A model generated the notes under the pieces. That model was not told where the DNA came from. It made no database searches and worked only from the letters and a program-made list of their open reading frames with translations. Shown in pieces: positions 57,316 through 62,018 of a DNA stretch of 62,018 bases; the first letter of the stretch is position 1; every line of letters begins with the position of its first letter. The stretch comes from an uncultured Oscillospiraceae bacterium (GTDB lineage Bacteria; Bacillota; Clostridia; Peptostreptococcales; Anaerovoracaceae), in contig CAYFMW010000005.1 of assembly GCA_964344335.1 (NCBI GenBank), forward strand, positions 1-62,018, in the 5' to 3' direction. The position numbers and the translations under genes are program-made.

Positions 57316-59940
57316 ATGAAATACATGGGAGCAGACGAAATTCGAGAGAAGTTTCTGTCCTTTTGGGAGACGAAGGACCATCTGCGGCACGAAAGCTACT
57401 CTCTAATACCCGAAAACGACAAGTCAATTTTGCTGATAGCTGCCGGCATGGCCCCGCTGAAGCCTTATTTTTCAAATCCCGCCTTGGTGCCGAGCAAGCG
57501 TATGACCACGGCGCAGAAGTGCATCAGAACAAACGATATAGATAATGTCGGACATACCGACAGGCATGCGACATTCTTCGAGATGCTGGGCAATTTCTCC
57601 TTTGGAGATTATTTTAAGAAGGAGGCCATAGTCTGGGGTTGGGAATTTATAACTTCCCCGCAGTGGCTGGGTATCCCCGAGGAAAAGCTCTGGGCTTCGA
57701 TATACGAGGATGATGAAGAAGCCTTTGAAATATGGCGAAACGAAATCGGAATGCCCGAGGAGAGAATTGTGCGCCTGGGTAAGGAGGATAACTTCTGGGA
57801 AATAGGCACAGGTCCCTGCGGACCCTGCTCCGAAGTATATTTTGACAGAGGTCCCGCGTATGCCTGCGGCAAAGAAACTTGCAAGCCGGGATGCGAGTGC
57901 GATCGATACATGGAATTCTGGAATTATGTCTTTACACAGTTCGACAAACAGGAGGACGGCAGTTATGTTCCTCTCGAAAATCCGAATATAGACACCGGAA
58001 TGGGACTGGAGCGCATGGCCTGCATAATGCAGGGCGTTGATTCCATCTACAATATAGATACCATGAAGTCAATTCTCGATGAAGTTTGCCGCATCAGCGG
58101 TGTCGACTATAAGGAAGGTGAAGCCCCCTCGGACATCTCCATCAGAATAGTTACCGACCATGTCAGGACGGTCGCATTCATGATAGGAGACGGGATACTT
58201 CCGAGCAATGAGGGCCGCGGATATATATTGAGAAGGCTCCTGCGAAGAGCGGTGCGCCACGGAAGGCTTTTGGGGATAAAAGAGGCCTTCCTCAAGGGCC
58301 TTGCGGACAAGGTTTTCGCGGTCTACGGGAAGGCGTATCCGCAACTTATCGAGCGCGCCGATTATATTAAGCGAATAATCGATATAGAAGAGGAGCGATT
58401 CGCGCGCACTCTTGCTTCCGGTTCCGAAATTCTCGACGCCTATGTTAAGGATGCCAACGAAAGCGACTGCAATTGCCTGAGTGGAGAGCAGGTCTTTAAG
58501 CTATACGACACTTACGGCTTTCCGCCCGAGCTCACCTGCGAGATTGCCGCCGAGATGGGCTGCGGCATAGATGAGGAGGCCTTTCTCGAACGAATGATGG
58601 AGGCTAAGGAGCTGGCGAGATCTGCCAGAAAGACGGATGAACACGAAGGCTGGATAGACGAAGAGGGGAAGGGCTATGGGCTGGATGCTACCGAGTTTAC
58701 CGGTTATGAGAGCCTCGCCATGGATGCTCGCATAATAGAAGTAAGGCCCGGAGCAAATGTCGGCGAAGCTACACTCGTTCTCGATCGAACACCGTTTTAT
58801 GCCGAAGGCGGCGGTCAGACCGGGGATGAAGGAGTAATACAAAGTGAATCCGCCCGCGCCGTAGTTACATCTACGACCAGTTCCGGCGGAGTCTATGTTC
58901 ATAAGCTCGCCGCAATCGAAGGCGAGTTCAAGGCCGGAGATATCGTTACAGCCTGCGTTGATGTTGCCAGGAGAAACGCCACGGCCAGGAATCACAGCGC
59001 CACACATCTGCTCCATAAAGCACTTAAAGTTGTGCTGGGCGATCATGTCAATCAGGCGGGTTCGTTCGTAGGACCTGATATGCTGCGCTTCGATTTTACG
59101 CACTTCGAAGCCATGACGGAGGAGCAGATAGCGGAAGTTCAGGATATAGTAAATACTGAGATTCTTAAATTTATAGATATAGAGACTCAAGTGCTCCCGA
59201 TGGAAGAGGCAAAAGCTCTCGGCGCAACGATGCTCTTCGGTGAAAAGTATTCCGACAGCGTAAGGGTTGTAGAAGTCCCGGGATTTTCCATGGAACTCTG
59301 CGGTGGAACTCATGTGGATAATACCGGACAGATCGGCTCGTTTTACATAATTTCCGAATCGGCCGTCGCAGCCGGAACCAGGCGAATAGAGGCGGTTACT
59401 GGCATCGCAGTGGCAGAAATGCTTACGGAGGCCAGACGCAGTCTTAGCATTGTCGCAAAATCTCTTAAGACGAGCATAAATTCTTTGGAAAAGAAAGCGG
59501 AGGATACTGCCGCGGAAATCAAGAGCCTCAACAAGCAGCTCGAAGAGTTTAAGGCCGGCGAGGCGGCCGAAGGAGCCCTGAAGCTTTTGGAAAAAGCCAA
59601 GACTTTCGGAGATGTTAAGCTCGTCGCGCAAAGATTTGAAGGCGCAGGCATCGATAAACTCCGCATGCTTGCCGACGATGTAAGGGCCAACAGCAAGGGT
59701 GTCGTTACGGTTTTTGCCGATATAAACGGAGAGAAGGGGACGCTTATGGTGTCCGTGAGCGACGATTTGACGCAGATGGGTTACCATGCGGGGAATATCA
59801 TTAAACAACTCGCGAAGATTGTCGGAGGCGGGGGCGGAGGCAAGGCCGATATGGCTCAGGCCGGCGCCAGAGATATCTCAAAGCTTGCCGAAGCCTTCGA
59901 AGAGGCCGAAAATATTATGCGCGAGAAAATGGAGGGATGA
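57316..59940 (+). CDS. alaS: alanine--tRNA ligase
   Basis: Class II catalytic core, editing-domain HxxxH/CGGTH motifs and a C-terminal DHHA1 domain (GGGGGK). Confidence 0.97.
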   Translation: MKYMGADEIREKFLSFWETKDHLRHESYSLIPENDKSILLIAAGMAPLKPYFSNPALVPSKRMTTAQKCIRTNDIDNVGHTDRHATFFEMLGNFSFGDYFKKEAIVWGWEFITSPQWLGIPEEKLWASIYEDDEEAFEIWRNEIGMPEERIVRLGKEDNFWEIGTGPCGPCSEVYFDRGPAYACGKETCKPGCECDRYMEFWNYVFTQFDKQEDGSYVPLENPNIDTGMGLERMACIMQGVDSIYNIDTMKSILDEVCRISGVDYKEGEAPSDISIRIVTDHVRTVAFMIGDGILPSNEGRGYILRRLLRRAVRHGRLLGIKEAFLKGLADKVFAVYGKAYPQLIERADYIKRIIDIEEERFARTLASGSEILDAYVKDANESDCNCLSGEQVFKLYDTYGFPPELTCEIAAEMGCGIDEEAFLERMMEAKELARSARKTDEHEGWIDEEGKGYGLDATEFTGYESLAMDARIIEVRPGANVGEATLVLDRTPFYAEGGGQTGDEGVIQSESARAVVTSTTSSGGVYVHKLAAIEGEFKAGDIVTACVDVARRNATARNHSATHLLHKALKVVLGDHVNQAGSFVGPDMLRFDFTHFEAMTEEQIAEVQDIVNTEILKFIDIETQVLPMEEAKALGATMLFGEKYSDSVRVVEVPGFSMELCGGTHVDNTGQIGSFYIISESAVAAGTRRIEAVTGIAVAEMLTEARRSLSIVAKSLKTSINSLEKKAEDTAAEIKSLNKQLEEFKAGEAAEGALKLLEKAKTFGDVKLVAQRFEGAGIDKLRMLADDVRANSKGVVTVFADINGEKGTLMVSVSDDLTQMGYHAGNIIKQLAKIVGGGGGGKADMAQAGARDISKLAEAFEEAENIMREKMEG

Positions 59941-59991
59941 CGGGTGGATTCATGCGTAAGGCGGATACGAGCCGGCATCGACTGAATTGAC

Positions 59992-60020
59992 TTGTTATAA
60001 ATTTTGAATGATTGTATAAT
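59992..60020 (+). promoter_or_regulatory. promoter for ireB-ruvX
   Basis: TTGTTA, a 17-nt spacer, then TATAAT. Confidence 0.5.
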
Positions 60021-60058
60021 ATAACTCAGCCGGATAGTTTTTGATAGGAGATTCAGAT

Positions 60059-60307
60059 ATGGAAAGAAAGACGATACTTTTCAGCAGCCCGGAGAAACCC
60101 GAGCAAAAGACGACTGAAGACATACTCAGAACCGTATACGATGCCTTGGAAGAAAAAGGTTACAACGCCATCGACCAGATGGTCGGATATATTCTTTCCG
60201 GAGATCCTTCCTATATCACCGGGCACAACAACGCGAGAAACCTGATAAGGCATATCGAACGGGACGATCTTGTCGAGGAACTGCTCAGGAAATTCCTCGA
60301 AAAATAG
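60059..60307 (+). CDS. ireB: IreB-family regulatory phosphoprotein (UPF0297/DUF965)
   Basis: [34 protein letters not shown] motif. The ATG at 60059 follows a GGAGA RBS. Confidence 0.85.
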   Translation: MERKTILFSSPEKPEQKTTEDILRTVYDALEEKGYNAIDQMVGYILSGDPSYITGHNNARNLIRHIERDDLVEELLRKFLEK

Positions 60308-60322
60308 AACAGTTTCAAAGCG

Positions 60323-60349
60323 GAGCGGACTTGCGAGTCCGCTCATTTT
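60323..60349 (+). terminator. hairpin/partial terminator between ireB and ruvX
   Basis: GAGCGGACT/AGTCCGCTC stem with a TGCG loop, then ATTTT. Confidence 0.5.
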
Positions 60350-60364
60350 GAATGGAGATAAACT

Positions 60365-60838
60365 ATGAGATGCATGGGCCTGGATATAGGCGACAAAACG
60401 ATAGGAATAGCGGTGAGCGACCCCTTGCTCATATCCGCACAGGGGATTGGAACTATAGAGCGTACAGGCATTCGAAAGGATGCCGATAAGGTATTGAAAT
60501 TGGCAGAGGAATACGAAGTCGACACCATCGTTTCGGGGCTACCCCTTATGCTTTCGGGCGATGACAGCCAGCAGACCGCAAAGGTGCGAGAATTCGCAAC
60601 GATGATGGAAAACAAGGCTCGCAGTACCGGCCTGAAACTCAATTTCGAATTTCAGGATGAGCGCTTTACAACCAAAATTGCGGAGAGCGTCCTTATAGAA
60701 GGGGACCTGAGCCGCAAGAAGCGCCGCAAGATAATCGACCGCCAGGCTGCAGTCGTAATTCTGCAGAGTTATCTCGAACGCCGAAGAAACGAAGAAACAC
60801 GGAAGGCACTTGCGGATAAATCCGAGTCTTTGGAATAA
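60365..60838 (+). CDS. ruvX: YqgF/RuvX putative pre-16S rRNA nuclease (Holliday junction resolvase-like)
   Basis: MGLDIGDKTIGIAVSD and DERFTT motifs, in the alaS-ireB-ruvX synteny. Confidence 0.9.
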   Translation: MRCMGLDIGDKTIGIAVSDPLLISAQGIGTIERTGIRKDADKVLKLAEEYEVDTIVSGLPLMLSGDDSQQTAKVREFATMMENKARSTGLKLNFEFQDERFTTKIAESVLIEGDLSRKKRRKIIDRQAAVVILQSYLERRRNEETRKALADKSESLE

Positions 60839-61172
60839 GCTCAAAATTACTCGAAAAATTAAAATCAGACATATTTGGGAGGGGGAGAGCGGATAGTTTA
60901 CTGTAATAAATTTATGTCTATAAAGATATTTATCTATTCCTAAAAGATGAATTTTGGGAACAGATGGACCCTTCGAATTCAAAACCTGTCCTTATTAGCC
61001 CCCCTCTCTTATAAAATCAAGCCTTTGCGGCTAGCGGTACCGTTTATGTAAATATGCTTAGATGCTTGTCTTAATCCTTTCTTCATCTCCATGATTGGTC
61101 AAAGACTTCTATTTTGTTAAATATCCTCCTCTTTTGCTTACCTTAGTCGATTGCGCATTTTATTAGTTCTAC

Positions 61173-61496
61173 TTACTGAAATAACGGTAACTCCACTACT
61201 ACAAATGAAATTAAAGTTTTGAGTCCGGCGCCCATAACTATGTTGTGAATAACTCTATCGCTCTTATCTTTAGTAATCGCAAACGATAAGATTAAATTCA
61301 CGATGATAAGCACATTATTTCTTGAATTTACCTCCGATTTCAGCCAGACACCGGTCCGAATCGCTGTAAGCCTTGATTTTGCTGGGCCAGAGGAGTGCGA
61401 GGCTCTATTCTTCGATTTAAGAGGTTTTTTTAGGGTGTCTCGATACTTTATACCTTCAAAAATCTTCTTAAACCGCAGCAAAGCGTTATTTTGCAT
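61173..61496 (-). CDS. hypothetical small basic/hydrophobic protein (weak call)
   Basis: 107-aa version of the tracked 139-aa ORF, starting at the ATG after AAAAGGGAGA. It lies in an AT-rich region. The longer version would begin inside a terminator hairpin and has no RBS. I recognise no family. Confidence 0.25.
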   Translation of the reverse strand: MQNNALLRFKKIFEGIKYRDTLKKPLKSKNRASHSSGPAKSRLTAIRTGVWLKSEVNSRNNVLIIVNLILSFAITKDKSDRVIHNIVMGAGLKTLISFVVVELPLFQ

Positions 61497-61522
61497 TTTT
61501 TGATCTATCTCCCTTTTAAGTC

Positions 61523-61578
61523 TAAATAAAAGCGCCCGGAATTTGATCGGGCAAAGACCAATAGAATTTTCCGGACGC
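61523..61578 (-). terminator. intrinsic terminator downstream of the yneA-like gene
   Basis: On the minus strand, GCGTCCGGAA pairs with TTCCGGGCGC (10 bp including one G-U) around a 27-nt loop. TTTTATTT follows. Confidence 0.5.
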
Positions 61579-61599
61579 TTCTGCACAGGCATATTTAAT

Positions 61600-61899
61600 T
61601 TAGAAAGATACAGGTATCGTTATATAGCTCCCCGCATAAAGTGTATCGGCGCTGATATTATTGATTTCGCATATCTGATATATATACATGCGAAGATCCG
61701 CGTTCTCGGGAGCATATCTTGCAGCCAATGCCCAAAGCGTGTCGCCGGGTTCTACCTTAACTTGAATGTATTCCTGAGGCTCTGCGCCTGAAGCCTTATC
61801 GAGTCCCAGGAGCGAGTTGAAGCTGAAAGCCAATCCCAGCATCAGAATAATTGCGAATAGAGTAAATCTGAATTTATTTTTTATTCTATATCTTCCCAT
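61600..61899 (-). CDS. YneA-like SOS cell-division inhibitor candidate (N-terminal TM + LysM domain)
   Basis: 99 aa. It has a TM helix (FTLFAIILMLGLAF) and a LysM motif (VKVEPGDTLWALAARY...ADTLYAGSYITIP). Two LexA boxes sit in its promoter. Confidence 0.7.
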   Translation of the reverse strand: MGRYRIKNKFRFTLFAIILMLGLAFSFNSLLGLDKASGAEPQEYIQVKVEPGDTLWALAARYAPENADLRMYIYQICEINNISADTLYAGSYITIPVSF

Positions 61900-61919
61900 A
61901 CTCTTACCCCTTTAAAATA

Positions 61920-61933
61920 AAAACATATGTTCG
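61920..61933. promoter_or_regulatory. LexA box 1 (imperfect) at the yneA-like promoter
   Basis: AAAACATATGTTCG compared with the consensus CGAACATATGTTCG. It lies just downstream of the -10 on the minus strand. Confidence 0.6.
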
Positions 61934-61940
61934 CGACACA

Positions 61941-61969
61941 ATAGTATCAGAACATATGTTCTTTGTAAA
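61941..61969 (-). promoter_or_regulatory. promoter of the yneA-like gene
   Basis: On the minus strand: TTTACA, a 17-nt spacer, then TACTAT. The spacer contains LexA box 2. Confidence 0.6.
61949..61962. promoter_or_regulatory. LexA box 2 (perfect palindrome)
   Basis: AGAACATATGTTCT, that is GAAC-ATAT-GTTC. Confidence 0.8.
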
Positions 61970-62018
61970 GGGGTTTCTTAAAAATATTTTAAAATTTTAT
62001 AATATTTCTTTCCTTTAG

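Noticed and set aside
58501-59808. 435-aa antisense ORF inside alaS
   Set aside because: It is a shadow ORF of a clearly real, motif-rich + strand gene. The same reasoning applies to the other long antisense ORFs: 6356-7114, 10900-11697, 14985-16211, 19784-20680, 23540-24415, 24666-25511, 25912-26643, 28712-29653, 33745-34467, 49365-49898, 54226-54963 and 60539-60982.
60880-61012. G-rich GGGAGGGGGAGAG and C-rich CCCCCCTCTCT segments as a possible long-range hairpin
   Set aside because: The segments are mirror-like rather than reverse complements, so no stable pairing register exists.
1-62018. Looked for CRISPR arrays, tRNA/rRNA genes, transposases, integrases, inteins and restriction-modification or other recognisable defence operons
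   Set aside because: I found none by reading the intergenic regions and the ORF translations. Apart from the two palindromic elements, the only repeats seen are short and protein-internal.

Overview
This 62-kb chromosomal window looks like a Bacillota (Clostridia-like) genome with mid-range GC. Almost all of it is core housekeeping genes on the + strand, in classic conserved blocks:
- pyrH-frr-uppS-cdsA-dxr-rseP-ispG-glyA
- rimP-nusA-ylxR-infB-rbfA-nrnA-truB-ribF-(DUF3467-like)-rpsO-pnp-M16 peptidase-dut-dGTPase-like
- dnaG-rpoD-trmK-nif3, then RNase P RNA
- coaX, xth, yebC
- ECF sigma/anti-sigma-polA-coaE, then an [FeFe]-hydrogenase-like gene
- ftsK-rimO-pgsA::cinA-recA
- rplU-rpmA-obg, then the TIGR03960/TIGR03936 radical SAM pair
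- an SLH protein, comEA, DUF896-mnmA, and alaS-ireB-ruvX

I saw no CRISPR array, tRNA, rRNA, transposase or intact prophage gene.

The non-core parts are small:
- A decayed, more AT-rich left edge (1-3.3 kb) holds a methyltransferase remnant, an MBL hydrolase remnant, and a macro-domain/vWA gene pair.
- There is a frameshifted small membrane gene.
- There is an internally deleted PLP-enzyme remnant.
- An AT-rich stretch at the right edge lies next to a LexA-box-controlled YneA-like (TM + LysM) gene.

The observations I rate most worth a second look:
- Near-identical Rho_N/HeH-like tail modules are appended to both NusA and ribosomal protein L21.
- PgsA is fused to a CinA C-terminal (PncC-type) domain just upstream of recA.
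- A palindromic intergenic element occurs in two copies.
- An intrinsic terminator sits directly before the rimP RBS.
- A roughly 200-nt structured leader precedes an ECF sigma operon that overlaps polA.

I found no compelling multi-gene novel system. All family assignments come from reading motifs by eye; no searches were run.
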